From: Camelus ferus
Lineage: Eukaryota
DNA length: 64,000 nt
Reading direction: 5' to 3'
Assembly: GCF_009834535.1 (NCBI RefSeq)
Contig: NC_045697.1
Location: forward strand, 89,840,001 to 89,904,000
Shown here: piece after piece, positions 39,276 to 52,300 of the stretch
How positions within the stretch are numbered: position 1 is the first letter of the stretch
Layout: every line of letters starts with the position of its first letter
Notes under the pieces: model-generated
Told to the model about the DNA's origin: nothing
The model's input: the letters and a program-made list of their open reading frames with translations, nothing else
Databases searched by the model: none
Made by a program: the position numbers and the translations under genes

Positions 39276-39970
39276 TGTACAGCAATTTAATAATTGCTAC
39301 TTTTTGAAAGCTTGATCCACGACGAAAAAATCCAATATCTTCCTTTGTTTGCTTTGGCTCTGATTAATAGAGGACATTCAATTATAGGATTATTAGACAT
39401 AAAATCAAATATATTGGATGACTCAACTTTTCCTTCAGAGTAGGGGACATGTATTATGCATATCTCTCTCCCTCTCACACTCTCTCACTCCATCACTCCC
39501 TCTCTTTTAAACACTCCCCCAACCAAAATATATACCCTTCTCTACTTCTGTCCAAATAAATCAGGGATGTTATATTTTTATTTTTGTTGTTCTTTGCTTT
39601 ATACAGACAGCCACCCTTCTGATTTGTATTAGCAAGAAAGAAACTCTCTCCAAAACGACATTACCTCACAAGAAAGAATGTAGCACTACATTGATTTTTC
39701 AAGACTGAATAAAGCATGTTTAGGCTAAATGTGGACATCAGCATTTTTAAAACCCAAATCTGAAGCATCTGGCACTCTTTATTGTCTTAGAGGTTTCATC
39801 AGTGGATGCTTAAAATCTTTCTCCTGGCAGCAAAAGTCTCCAGTGAGGTTTTTATATGATTTGCTAAGAAATGCCTGGTTTCAGAAGTCATTCCTTTCAA
39901 TCCCCAGAGAAGTAGGGCTGCTAGCCTAACTCTGCCCTTGAGCTACCTGCTAGATGGCTTTGGAAAATCT

Positions 39971-40380
39971 TCTTATACAGAAGCACCGTTTAAGTTTAAA
40001 AAGACAGTTTGAAAACCTGTTTTTACTTTCTGCATGGTCAGAGTTCAAACTCCTTCAGGTTTGTTAGTCAATAACTGTCTTTTTTTAAAATTAAGGATGG
40101 GGAAAGAAAGTTAGAGACCCCTTTTTGGCATTACCTTTACCATAATTAGCCGTAGGGTGACCGCAAAGCCAGTCTTCACATCCGCATCATCCCTAGTGCA
40201 AGGTGCTTCTCGCGAGTTGATGAAGAGCTAATGCAGGGAAATTTACAGCGGAGCAAACACAGAACAGAAGCTTCATGAAGCTCTGCGCCATTGCTCGGGA
40301 TCCACAGATTTTGAAGAGGACCATGAAACGGGACTGGCCATTCGGGTAGTTTGATCCATATCCACGTCCTACACCCTATC
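39971..40380 (-). mobile_element. Ancient conserved repeat, MER129-like, near full length
   Basis: Minus strand reads gatagggtgtaggacgtggatatggatcaaactacccgaatggcca...ggatcccgagcaatggcgcagag...aaatttccctgcattagct...gatgcggatgtgaa...aattatggtaaaggtaatgc...gtaaaaacaggttttcaaactgtctttttaaact...cttctgtataag, matching my recollection of the MER129 consensus; the name needs Dfam confirmation. Confidence 0.65.
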
Positions 40381-40687
40381 CATTTTTACACAGAGTGTGT
40401 ACATAAAAACCAGAATCATTTACGCTGATTCCTTCTAATACCTTCTTGTTGTGAGCGCCAACTCATTTTGCAGTAACTCAGGCACTGGTCTTCCTACTCT
40501 CATACTCCACAAAATGCAAAGTTCAGCTGGCTTGTTTCCTTTTAATTTCTCAGCTCTACTCAGATATTCTTGGACAGAATCTCAATCATTTTAGCCTCTA
40601 CTAAGAGTTCATAAAGCTTCAAGCATTCTTCACCCTTCCTAGAATCAAAGTAATACTCATGGAATACTCCCTTTAGAAACTTTAAAC

Positions 40688-40861
40688 CAGTGGTTCTCAA
40701 AATTGAGTGTGTGTCAGAAATATCCAGTGAGCTTATTAAAACACAGGCCCCATCTGAGAGTTCCTGATTTAGTTTGTCTGGGGTGGCCCAAGATTTTGCA
40801 TTTCTGGAAATTCCTGGGTGATGTTGTTGCAGCTGAGCAAGGCATAATTTAAGAATCATTG
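40688..40861. mobile_element. MER5A hAT-Charlie MITE
   Basis: TIRs cagtggttctcaaa / ttaagaatcattg; degenerate 8-bp TSD ctttaaac / atttatac. Confidence 0.88.
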
Positions 40862-41039
40862 ATTTATACGTTCCTTCCTGATAATTGATTACACCAATTA
40901 GTGAAGATAGGAAAGCCATTTTTGCTTTGTAATTTGTTTCCTTTCCTCCAACACTGAATGACCATTCACTGTTCAATACAACTGCCTCCTTACAAGTTTC
41001 TACTTGTCACTGATACACTTCAGGTATATTAGATTTTTT

Positions 41040-41490
41040 TGTTGACATTCAGCTTTTACATCCATCCTTGTAAGTTCTCTCCTAGATGGTAGAGCCTTAA
41101 AAAACACAGACATTTTACAGATTCACTTGCCAGCAGGTTTGTTTAGACTTAGCCATTGAGATGTGATTTTAAAAGCAAAAGATAAGGAAACACCAATATT
41201 TTCCATGGCTATTGGCGGAAAGTCATGTGGGAACTGGAAGATAGCAGTTGCGGGGTTTTGCGCTCTGTTTGAGGAGTATTGCCACATGCACTTTGGTGCT
41301 GGGAGTAGCCCACTCTATTAGTGGCGGCTTTCTGTCATCCTTGTGCTTCCAAAGACATGGATGGTGGTCTTCCTAACTTTTGCTCCCCCAGGACTCCTAA
41401 GGTTGGGTATGTTGCTGCTAATTTCATTTTAAACTTATTCCTATTAGAATATCTAGGTGGCTGCTGCTTTACTGAGCACAACCAGAGTGA
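41040..41490 (+). mobile_element. Possible degraded ERVL LTR (LTR40/41-like)
   Basis: 3' motif taaacttattcctattagaatatctaggtggctgctgctttactga resembles ERVL LTR ends. Confidence 0.35.
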
Positions 41491-41844
41491 AACAGTAGAA
41501 GGTACTATATCTAGGGGAAAGGTGAAATGGTAAGAGAGTGAGTCCCTGTCAAGGCTTTATTATCCCCTTTCACAACAGCAGAGAATAGAAAGCAATGACA
41601 TTTCACCATTTTCCCTCTCCACAAAAGAAAGATCAGACTCATTCCAGTGACTAAATTCCTTTGTAAATATACCCTTGAAGAATGGCTTCAAGTTCAACCC
41701 CCAGAATTGAGGGTTAGTATAATCTGAGCGTCTTGGAAACCAAAAGTTATGTTTATTATTTTTGTGTATATGAAATGTATATTTTCAAATGACTGAAAAA
41801 AAAAAGGATTTGTGCTATAACAGTATTTTTAGGTAAAAAATTAA

Positions 41845-41872
41845 ACAAAACAAAACAAAACAAAACAAAAAA
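41845..41872. repeat. (CAAAA)n pentanucleotide repeat
   Basis: acaaaacaaaacaaaacaaaacaaaaaa read directly. Confidence 0.9.
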
Positions 41873-42537
41873 CCCAAAAAGCAAGACTCTTCTGTAGTTA
41901 AACCAGTTGGGGAAATGCTCAGAACTCTTTCTTAGAGAGTTTCCTTGTATGTTAGCATACTAAAATCTTGGAAAATTCTTTCAGTACTTATGTTAGACCA
42001 CTTACCCAATCTAGAGCCCCCAAAGAATCCTTCTTTCATATACTACCCATTATCACTCCTCAGACATATCGCTCAACAAAGAGCCCTGTGGAAAATTTTA
42101 GTCCTTACAAAAAAAGTGTTGCTAGGGTTGACAGGGAGGATGGGACAATAAAAGAAAGCCCCTACCTAATCAAAAGGAATTCTGAAGACTTACGGATTAA
42201 GATCCTTAACAACAAAGATGTGATAATTATGTGAAAACTATCAGAGCTCAGTTCTATTTATTAATAAATTCTAACAGGTAGTAGGGAGAAGTTTTATTAT
42301 AATTCTTTAAAATTTTATTATTTATTTCCTCATGTTGCCCTCAGGATAAATTGTTAAAATATCTACAAGAGGCCCTGTGCTAATTTTATGATCAGAAGTA
42401 TGAGGATGAAACTAGATGCTATCCCACAATGAAATGAGGTGGGGAGATTCAAAGGGAAATAATCAGGATTTTCCATGGGAAGAAAAGCAGGGAGTTCAAT
42501 ACTTGAGACACAATAAGGAAAGAAATGATACAGCCAA

Positions 42538-43051
42538 CACCAACTAAAAACTGGGACTTGCCACCTGCCTCTACAAGGATTGAATCACATTGGCACTTGC
42601 CATCTACCTCTGCTTGGATTAAATCATGAGCTGCTGTAGACATTGACCTCCAACACTCCCTGTAAGGAGTTCAGGCTGGAGATCAGGAAAGAGGCATTCT
42701 GTGCTCTGGGAAAACTGGCAGAACAGGCCCTCAGATGTTTGATATTTTCAGGAGAAGATTTTATAAGCCCAAATTCTTGTGTCTCCTCATACCTAGAATG
42801 GCACTAAAATCATTAACAGTGACATCTGCTCTTCGTGACTAGCAGCAAGCCTCTGCCTAAATGTGTGCTTGATATCAAGTATGTAACCCTCCTTCACTAA
42901 AATTATATATAATACTGAGTTCCCCCCTGCCTCTTCGGAGCAGTTCCTCAGAGCTTTCTAAGATGCTGTCTCCAGGGCTATAGTCCTCATTCTGCCCCAA
43001 ATAAAACTTAATCCACAACTCTCACGTTGTGTGATTTTATCTCAGTCAACA
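42538..43051 (+). mobile_element. Lineage-specific ERV1-type solo LTR (~514 bp)
   Basis: 4-bp TSD CCAA at 42534-42537 and 43052-43055; TATA-like tatatataa at 42904-42912; AATAAA at 43000-43005; ends cagtcaaCA; the 5' TG is not preserved. Confidence 0.8.
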
Positions 43052-45075
43052 CCAAAAAGCTGATTAAAAAAGCAATATGAGGATTTCATATGAGGGAGGG
43101 ACCTGGATATCCTAATAAATCCTTATTATGCATCCACTTTCAGTACCACGTGGATTCTCCACGGTTTCTCCTCACCAGTATTTTCCCTGCTGGAAATTGT
43201 ACCCCATTTGTAATATTTACCAGAAGTGGTGTGGAGCTAAGAGAATATGTGATTGTAGAATTTCTATATAGAATTCAGAATGACCTTTTGACCCTTTATC
43301 CAAAATTAGGATATGGTTTCAATAAATTCTCTCTTCAAAGTCAAAATTCATAATACAAATCCTTAGCCATTACTTAAATCTCTTAAACTTTAAACCTCAT
43401 TCCTCATATCCCATCACTGTCTCATTTTTTGTCTAGATTCCAGAAATTGTAAATCAACTTACAAATCAATCCTGCAGACACTTTGCAAAAGTTCAAGGAG
43501 AGCAAAACACACAACAACAAAAGAAATCTTCATGAAAGATTCAGCTTACTCTCTATAATGGAATACATATTAAAAGAGAGTTGTTGTAGCAATTGAGTGG
43601 TTCACAGTGGTTGGACACTGGAAGCAATCATTATGTCATTATTCCTTAAAAATAAGACTCTTCCTTTTGAGGCTTGTGCCTCTTTGAGGCTAATTAAATT
43701 CGGAGGCTATAACCAGACAGAAAAACATTTTTCTTTTAACAAATAGTTGACCCATCTCTACTGAGACTCATTTAAATACAAAAATCAGTGTCATAAGTTA
43801 GAAAAGACGAAGTATGTATTAATGCTAGTGAGAGGTTTACAGCACAAATGTAAAGATCACTTGCATGTTTGTCTACTTACTCCATTAATTTGTAAATGAG
43901 TGTTCACTAGACACCTGTTGTGAATCCTAGACTAGAAGTAGGCCTGGGTATTGTCCAAGTCCATAAAGCAAACGTTTAGAACGTTTAGAACGACTTGATG
44001 TTTCTTTGTTTACACTTTTACATATTTTTCCCCAATGCTGACCACCAAGGGTTACCCAGAGGAAGGATGCAGGATTTTTTTTTTCTTTTCAGATCAAGAT
44101 TTCCTGTGCTACAAATGAAAAAAAAAAAGTGTGTGTGTATATATATGTCTGTACTTCCTTTCACATAACTTTTGAGTAGCTCCCTTCAGGAAAGCACATA
44201 TTAATTTCTGCACAACATAGAATCCTGAGTCTGAGTCTAAACCCCATAGAAATTGCAAAAAAATTAAATGACAAAACAGATGTCATTGGAAGACAAATGT
44301 AGTCCAATTAGAAACTAAAGATCAAATTAAGCAAGGCTTGTAACTTTCATGGTGAATTTTTCTTCTAAAAAAAATCGAGTTGTCAGAGCAAGCATGTAAA
44401 ACAGAAAAAGTCATAAATTCACTTATTCTTAATCATACTCAGGAATCCAGAAATGTGACAGTTGTTATGTGGATATATTTCAATACTGTTTCAATAACAG
44501 TAAAATTGAATAATGTTTATTTGACACCTGATTCACCCTGCTTTAACATTGTAGTAAAAAAATTGATCAAGAAAAAGCAAACTTGGGAAAGCTCAAAGTA
44601 ACGTCCATTGAGATTAACCATACAAACAAAAATGGATTAAAAACAAACAAAACCTTGAGGGTGATTAACATTAGATATTTATTCCTTCTGGATTCAGAAC
44701 AACAACACTCCATATGGCAACAAGAATGTTGTCTCTAGGTCAGTAGATCATAGATCAGGGTTCACAATATTTAGGGCTGCTGAAGGCTATCGTGGACTAG
44801 CAGTCTAAGCAAAAAGAAATTGGATTTTGAAAAATGTTATCTCTTTAATTAAGTCACTCATTTAACTGAATTTCCATACATGTTCCTGAGTAGTAGAAAA
44901 AACACAATGGAGTTAAAAGAAGGAATCATTCAGAATTTGGGGATTATACAAACTGCACACTGCTCTATGTATGCTGCAAAAATCTCAGTGTTAGATAAAA
45001 CATATGCAGCCACTTACACTGGACTTGAAATAAGAAATTTAAATGGAGCTAAATATTTCAGAAAATCCAACATAA

Positions 45076-45136
45076 AAAGGAAAGAAGGGGGAAGGAAAGG
45101 CGGGAGGGAGGGAGGGAAGAGGAAGGGAGTGAGGGA
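45076..45136 (+). repeat. Purine-rich (GGAA/GGGA)n tract
   Basis: aaggaaagaagggggaaggaaaggcgggagggagggagggaagaggaaggg. Confidence 0.9.
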
Positions 45137-46062
45137 AACACTCTGAAAAGAAAATATATGGGTGCACTATTCTAACAAGTGCAGAACATAGGATTTCCAG
45201 TCATATCTAAAAATAATACCATGATAAAAGTGTGATAGTCAAGAGTTCTGTACTCCATCTTTAAAATGTTGCTCCACTTGACCCACAATACATAAATTTT
45301 ACTAATGCTAAGTAAAAGTAGAAATCATGCATAATTTTGTAGGTTTCTAATATATAACATTTCTTAATTAAAATGAGGAGTTTCAGTCAAATAGACAAGT
45401 TGCTTTTCCATAGAAAATACTAAAACTATTCATGAACTTTTTAATGTTAGAATTATTAAATATCATAAAATTTAAAAATCTTTTAATCATAAACTGAATA
45501 GTTAGTGAACTATGAAATATCTACTATTGATATTTGCTTAAATGTGTATTTTATATTCTAATGTAGATAAAGATGCTTTATTTTTTCAACAAGTCGGGAG
45601 AAATATATATTAAAAATGAGAATTTTAATACTCTAAAATACCTGTGTTAAAATATGCAAAATCTCTTAAATTTCCATTATAAATCACTATTCCAAAATTG
45701 AACCTAGGAGTACTTTGAAATAATTTACAACATTTTACTTGAAACAACATCTATTTATTACTTTCCATATTAATAGACTATAAAAATTTCTCATTTAATC
45801 GTACCTTTCAACTTTAACATGTCTGCTCAGTTTTGAATTTTTTAACCCATGTTCAAGAAAAATCTTTCTGTATTAATTGTATTGATCTCTTTCATGTTTT
45901 TTAAAAGTTCAGCAGTTCTTCTAAGAATAATATTTCACTTGCCATCCATCTTACTTAATTATGACTCAGAAATTGTATTACTGATGTCAATTTGTTTGTC
46001 TCCTCAGAATGAATTTGTGTAAAAAGATTCCCCAGTGTGGGGAAGAGATGTAAGCTATCTTA

Positions 46063-46270
46063 ATGTAGATGATCTGCTTGTGTCCCCAGACCTGGGGTCT
46101 AGTACTTGTATCTGTGACTCTTCATCCAGGGCTTTGTCTTAGCAAGGGGCAGCCCAGTAGGGCAGGGGAGTTTAACTCCCTCCCAACCCTGGCAGTCTTT
46201 CTCATTGATGAATGGGAACTGAAGAATAAATAACCCGGCTTCCACTCTCCTTGAGTGTACAGTGCAAGAT
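46063..46270 (+). mobile_element. ERVL LTR16-like fragment
   Basis: gcaggggagtttaactccc...cattgatgaatgggaactg...ataaataacccggcttcc. Confidence 0.6.
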
Positions 46271-46399
46271 AAGTATTTAGCCCCACTTTTCCCCCATTTT
46301 TGGTCTCTCCTTTATTGGTTTTTGCTTCTTTAACCTCTTGAAGGACTTTTTTAAATGTTTATATTTTACATTATTTTATTTTCTTAATTACAATTATTT

Positions 46400-47250
46400 A
46401 CAGTCATCAATAGCATTCTCTCTGTCCTCATAAGGGATAATATTTTTTATTCACCAGCGATTGCAAACTTTTTCTAATATAACTTGCTAGTTTGTACTTT
46501 AACTTATTTACAGTCATTTTTAAGCAATGAGTGCAGAAATGTTACCTAAACAGTATATTTTCTTAAATGCTATCTAAAAATATTTGTAATTTTTTGTAAG
46601 TATGTATCTTCATGGGAAGATGTATAGTCATTGAGTTTCCTTTTCTACTTCAAAGAATTATATTGACAGATGTTCCCCTACTATCTTTAGCGATCTGTAA
46701 GTAGGAGATCATTTTGTAACTTTTATTAATAATGTACATTTTACCTTGAATTCTAGTATAATTAATATCTTGTAGTAAATATAATTTTCCAGGATCTCTG
46801 TTAACATCATCTTCATTCACTTTATTTGGTTGTAAATACTGACTCCTCTAAATCTTCCATCTCATGTCTTATTTTTCAAGTTTGTAAGTTTCCTTCTACT
46901 ACAAAACTGAATTCTCAGAGCACTTCTCCACATCAGTTCCACCTAACTGATTCAGTTTTCTGTAGTGTCAAATCTGCTTTTCACCACTCTAGTAAAGCCT
47001 TAATTTTGTGCACTCATTTTTCATGGCATTGCTCTCCCTTATTAGTCACATGTTTTCTTCTTAATTCAGACCATTCTTACTGGTATACATATAGAGAAGC
47101 AACCCTTTTCTAAAACCTTTTTAATTCATAATATAATAAATCTGTGAGGCATTCCCCCTTGCTCATATACATTATCACAGACTAGATTATATGTTTTTGT
47201 TTACTAATTTTTCATAGTGATTTAATCTTCTTTTGCTGTCATTTTGGTGT
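46400..47250 (-). mobile_element. Very old L1/HAL1 ORF1-region remnant
   Basis: T-rich strand bias; ctgattcagttttctgtagtgtcaaatctgcttt resembles an antisense ORF1 coiled-coil segment. Confidence 0.4.
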
Positions 47251-47682
47251 TTCGAGCCTCCCCTAATTTGCCAAACTTAGTATGAGGATGAGGAAAAGGA
47301 AAGTGAGGATATTTTACTCTTCATTTTCTACCACCTTCCTAAATATTGGCAGAAGGCTCTTTCCCAGACCTGAAGGCAAAGTCTCCTGTTGCATTGGGCG
47401 TTCCAGACTTCATCTCAGAGCTGGTATTTAACAAATGCCAAACCCACTCATACATCGAATTCTCAATCAAAATCCCTGGGCATTTGACAAAAGATCCAAA
47501 ACCTGGCAAGATGAAAGCTCAAAAACTAAAGAGAAATAGTTAGAGGAGATTTAAATGATTGAAATTTGACTAGAACACAGCAGCACTGGGCTAGACAGGC
47601 CAGAAGCATCTTTTCATTGTGTGCCAGAGAAGTCTGTGTGACACTAACCCAGAGGATGTCACAAAACCTTATTAACTACCAA

Positions 47683-47685
<3 letters not shown>

Positions 47686-47715
<30 letters not shown>
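47686..47715. repeat. (CAA)10 microsatellite
   Basis: Perfect run read directly. Confidence 0.95.
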
Positions 47716-50700
47716 AAATCCACAAAAAACCAAAGGTATCAGAGTTGGGTAATTAGGGCACCTGAGACATCAGTTTGGGAGACATTATAGTAAGGTACCA
47801 GATAAAATAATAAGGTACCAGGCTTCTGAGATAAATGGATAAGAAAACTGTATGTTTCTTTCAGAACCTGGACTATGCCCTTTTAAAAATTTCCTGTGTA
47901 AGTTACACTAAGATCCTTTCCCAAAAGACTTTTCCCTTTTTCATGGTTTAACAAAGTTGGATACTACACATGTAAAACCATATAAATTAGAAACCCATAA
48001 TAAATGAGAAACTGGTATGCAGTTATCCATTTCTCAGACATGGATTTTTTTTTTAAATAAGATGAACAAGTTGAGAAGAGAGAGAATTTAGAAAGGAAAT
48101 GAAAGATTCAAATTCTCTGCTCAATTCTCTGCTTTAGTTTCCATGTGATAAAAAGGGATAGAATATGTTACAGTTCAGGCTGACAAGCAAAAGACTTTGA
48201 AAGTGAAAAGAACCCTTCCTTTTTCATGTGTTATTTTGCTCAATGATTTTTGGAAATTCATGTTGATGTGTTATCTTTATCTTTAAGCTGGCTTAATCTT
48301 AAAATCTTAATCTTAATCCTCAGTTTTCAAAGACTTTCTATTTACGGTTCACGCGAAAAGAAGTCTTAGGGAACAAGAAAATGTTTTCCATCATCTAGCT
48401 GTTGTCTGTGTTGATGTATAAAAACTGAAAACATCTTGAATTTCAAAGGTTAAGACAGTCATGTAAAACTGACGATAAAGCATTGTTTTGACTACTAATG
48501 ATAAGTCACAAAATTAATAAATGATTATTATTTAGTCAATATCAAAAATAATATATAAACTCCAAACATATACATTTAACCACAGAATAAATACATTTTA
48601 TACCATCATATCAATTTTAAAGTAAAATGTTTACAGATGGGACTATTCAACTTGCAATTATTTTAAGTATAAATGACTGAAGATGTACAGATTAAAAGAT
48701 GGTCAGCTAATAGTATCATATAATTGAGTTTCTACTGGGTATGCATACAGCAGTTAATTCAGTCCAGACTAACTAGCACTTAGAGAAAAGTAAAATCAAC
48801 TTTCATTTTAGTTTGGACAACATAAATTCTCCTTGCCTTTTTTTCTCTAACTGAAGCTATTTTGGGTTGACTACCACTTTGGCAATGCTACTTTTACTCT
48901 ATTACACAAAATTATTGAGGAGGATACCTTTCAAGTGTAATTTCTACACAGGTAACATTTCTTAAAATTTAAACTTGCCAGTCCAAAGTAGAATAACTGT
49001 TGATAAAGAAGCAGAAACATTCTCCACAGTATCATGCCATCTGTCCACCAATTGTATATAATCTCTTTTCTTCCACTGAGCCAGGACTCACTTTTGCACC
49101 ATTAAGACCCAGAGTGAATCATTGTTGGTAAAGTGACATATCCAGCTAACCAGACATGCATACAAGTTCAAAACTACAAACATAAGAGTAATGAAACCTT
49201 AACTCTTCAAAGTACTTCTTAGTCAAAAATGCAAAATAATAGATTTTTAAAATATAGTATGGAATAATTTCCCAATTCACCTGCCTAAAAATAAAATTCT
49301 TTGCCAGTAAATTTCTGAAACTAATGTAGTTCATGGGATACTGATGAATTAGTATTTTAGAGATAGGAAGTTGTAAGAATTCAAATTAAGATATCTACTC
49401 TCTGACTTGCCAGTATATTTCCAGACTGTATGATTCCAACATATACATCTACATTAACCTCATTTCCTTGGTGAGATCATGATGGACTGACTCAAGTCTG
49501 TAACCCATTATGATAATTCATATAGACATTATAACACTCTATTGTCATCTAGACATCATCTCCTGGGTGGATAAAGCCACAAATAAATCTCAGGTCAAAA
49601 ATAAGTAAAAGACAGAAAGAGAGAGAGAGAGAAAATTTTTTAAGATTTTAAAAATTGCTTTAGTCCAAAATTCATTTTTTTAAAGCTTCTGAAGCACTCT
49701 GCATCTCTTGATCTATAATGATCCCTTTAATTTGGCTTTCCCGCTGTGCATTCTAAATTCAGAGTAAACAATTACTGAAAAAATAATGAGGTTCAGATTA
49801 AAAGTCCGCAAACAATAACATAATTGACTATCTTAATAAAATCTTGGAAATAAGCACCAGCCCAGATGCCAAAGAGCATAAGGTAAATCTAATGAAGACC
49901 TGAGGAAAATCAAGCATCAGCTCATGGGAAATGCAAAACTACCCGGCCTCTCTTCTATTATCCTTGCTTAATCTTCTTCAGAATTAGGTCCCTAGGGTAA
50001 TTTCAAGTATGTATTCTAAAGTTAATTGCTCTGTTTTTTTCCCCCTAGACTTAATGATTGGAGGGTAGTAGGAAAAATAGAACTAACATTTTTACATGTG
50101 AAGAAAGTATTCAGATTATCCATATTTAAAGGTTGTTTTCATGCACATTTAATGGTTTTAGTAAAACCACATTTCAATGACTAAAGTAATCTATCAAATT
50201 CAGTTTTACTTCCAGAGTTATTATCCACCACAGTGATAACATTAGAGTTACACTGCACATTTCTAAATTATAAAATGTTATAAATTTTTTATAGAATGTT
50301 CTAAATTAATACTTAATTTTAGCTACATTAATAATGCAAAACTAGAGAAAAGTCTTGGAGAGTGTAATGCATACTATAAATACTAAAATTTCAATTCAAT
50401 GAATAAATAATTTAATTGCACAATGGCATAACAGTCATGTTACAGAGCAATTTTAATAGCTTGAAAGACTTCACTGATCTAAATAAAAAATACCAACTTT
50501 CACTTTTCTAAATAATATTTTCTTAAATAAATTATTCAAATTAAAATTAGCACTAAATGATTTGAAAAAAGTTTAATTTAGAAACAGTGCATAAGGCAAT
50601 TTAGATAGATAAGATCACTGATCACTGATTGTAGCCTATTAGAATGCAAACAAAACTGGGTGGGAGTCAGGAATGGGTTCCAGTGGTTTGGGTAAACCAC

Positions 50701-51499
50701 TTATTTGCCCTAAGACGTGTTTTCCTCTTGAAAATTTTGAAGGCCCTTTCTAGCACTGAAAATGTTTGCTTATTAAAGAAAATTCTACACCACACCTATC
50801 AGATTGCAGATAACAAAACTCCTGCCAAGTGTCTGGAGAAGATTTTAGGAAATATCTCTAACACACTACTTACAAAAATGCAAATTTTTAAGACAATACT
50901 GGAGAGGAATTTCTTTATATCTAATATACAAATATTGTACGTATATTGTATATATTTTATATTGTGCATTTCATTTGTATATAGAATTATTAAATGTATT
51001 ATATGTGCACAAATGCATTGTCTAATTAAGACAGTTTTAGACTAAATAGACTAAATTTTTCATTAAAACTAGATCATCTGGAATAGAATTTACTGTGGTA
51101 ACAATAAGAAAACCTTCCCTAAATTTAAAAGCATTTTCATAATTATCAACCACTCTGTGACTTCATTTTCTCATCTGTAAAATATATATTCTTATGGTTG
51201 ATATAAAAGATAAAACAAGAGAAGTTCTGAGCACACTTGGCTCTCTATAAAAAGAGACAGCAACTGATGGGGAAGAAAAACTAGTTTCATGGAAGGAATG
51301 TAGGTTTAGAACCACAAATTTATCAACAAAGAGGTAAAGCTATTTAACCAGCTAAATCCATTCTTTTATCTGTAATCCTATCTTTTATCTTTATTTCTAG
51401 AGATAAAATATTTCTTATTCTTTCCTTCAAAGTAGGAGTATCATAGCTCATCTTCTACCAGCACAGACCACTTCAGCTCAAGCTACCATTGCACACCTG

Positions 51500-51615
51500 G
51501 CTTCTGATCTCACAGGTCTGCCTGATGAATACAACGCAGTACGTGTCTGTTACGACTGGTCAGTGCCTGAGCCCTACTGGCTGTTAAGTATTTAGATATT
51601 TTGAGTATCATCCAT
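51500..51615. mobile_element. Possible hAT-Tip100-type transposon end
   Basis: actggtcagtgcct...ctactggctgttaagtatt...ttttgagtatcatcc resembles a recalled terminus (ggttgttaaatattttgaatatcacccctg). Confidence 0.4.
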
Positions 51616-51829
51616 TCTTAATTAATGCTTATATATTCAACTTTTTATTATCTTGGGCAGACTATTTAGTTTATAAATAAGTCAAGGAAAAAAGAAAAAT
51701 AATAAATGATACAGGTAAATAAAAATTTCTATAACTTTGTGAAAAATACCTACACATTTAAAGGTCTGCACTTGAGAGGGCCTGCATAATAAATCACAGA
51801 CCACACATATGGGAATGACATAAGTTACA

Positions 51830-52105
51830 AAAAAGATAAAGTGATCAGATGAATACTCATATACACTTTTCCTTATATTCACCTCTGGTTAATATTTTAT
51901 CTCATTTGCTTTTTCATTCTTTACCTGTTTACCCATCTATACATCTATCTGTATATTATGTTATGGATGTGCGCATATATGCATACATAAATAATTTTTG
52001 AACCATTTAAGAGTAATTTCCATATACCATAATCCTTTATCCTTGAACATTTCAATGTGTATTCCCTAAGAATAAGGATATTATTTTACATAGTCATAGT
52101 ACCAA
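51830..52105 (-). mobile_element. Old L1 3'UTR (L1MC4/5-like)
   Basis: attcacctctggttaatattttatctcatttgcttt...tgaaccatttaagagtaa...gtgtattccctaagaataaggatatt. Confidence 0.75.
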
Positions 52106-52164
52106 GTTACATTTATTTTTGCAATTTAAATTTTATTTAAGAATACCCATATAGTAGTTAGTCC

Positions 52165-52300
52165 GTTTCATATGAAGCCTGGCTCCACCAAATATTGACT
52201 GTATGACCTTGTACAAATGACAATTCTCTGTGCCTTGATCAGTTTACTCATATATGAAATTAGGACAATAATACCCACTTCAAGTGGTGCCGACAGCAGA
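52165..52300 (+). mobile_element. MIR SINE fragment
   Basis: cctggctccacca...ctgtatgaccttg...tctctgtgcctt...cagtttactcatatatgaaattaggacaataatac (MIR core). Confidence 0.75.

Noticed and set aside
40130..40380. CpG-rich block read as a coding exon
   Set aside because: Stops occur in all frames examined on both strands, splice signals are poor, and the ancient repeat explains it better
47566..47790. Poly-glutamine ORF
   Set aside because: Translation of a (CAA)10 microsatellite with no coding context
44070..50070. Several plus-strand splice-like sites (acceptors near 44092, 46007, 47863 and 50048)
   Set aside because: They do not join into a consistent reading frame or a recognisable protein, and such sites are expected by chance in T-rich DNA
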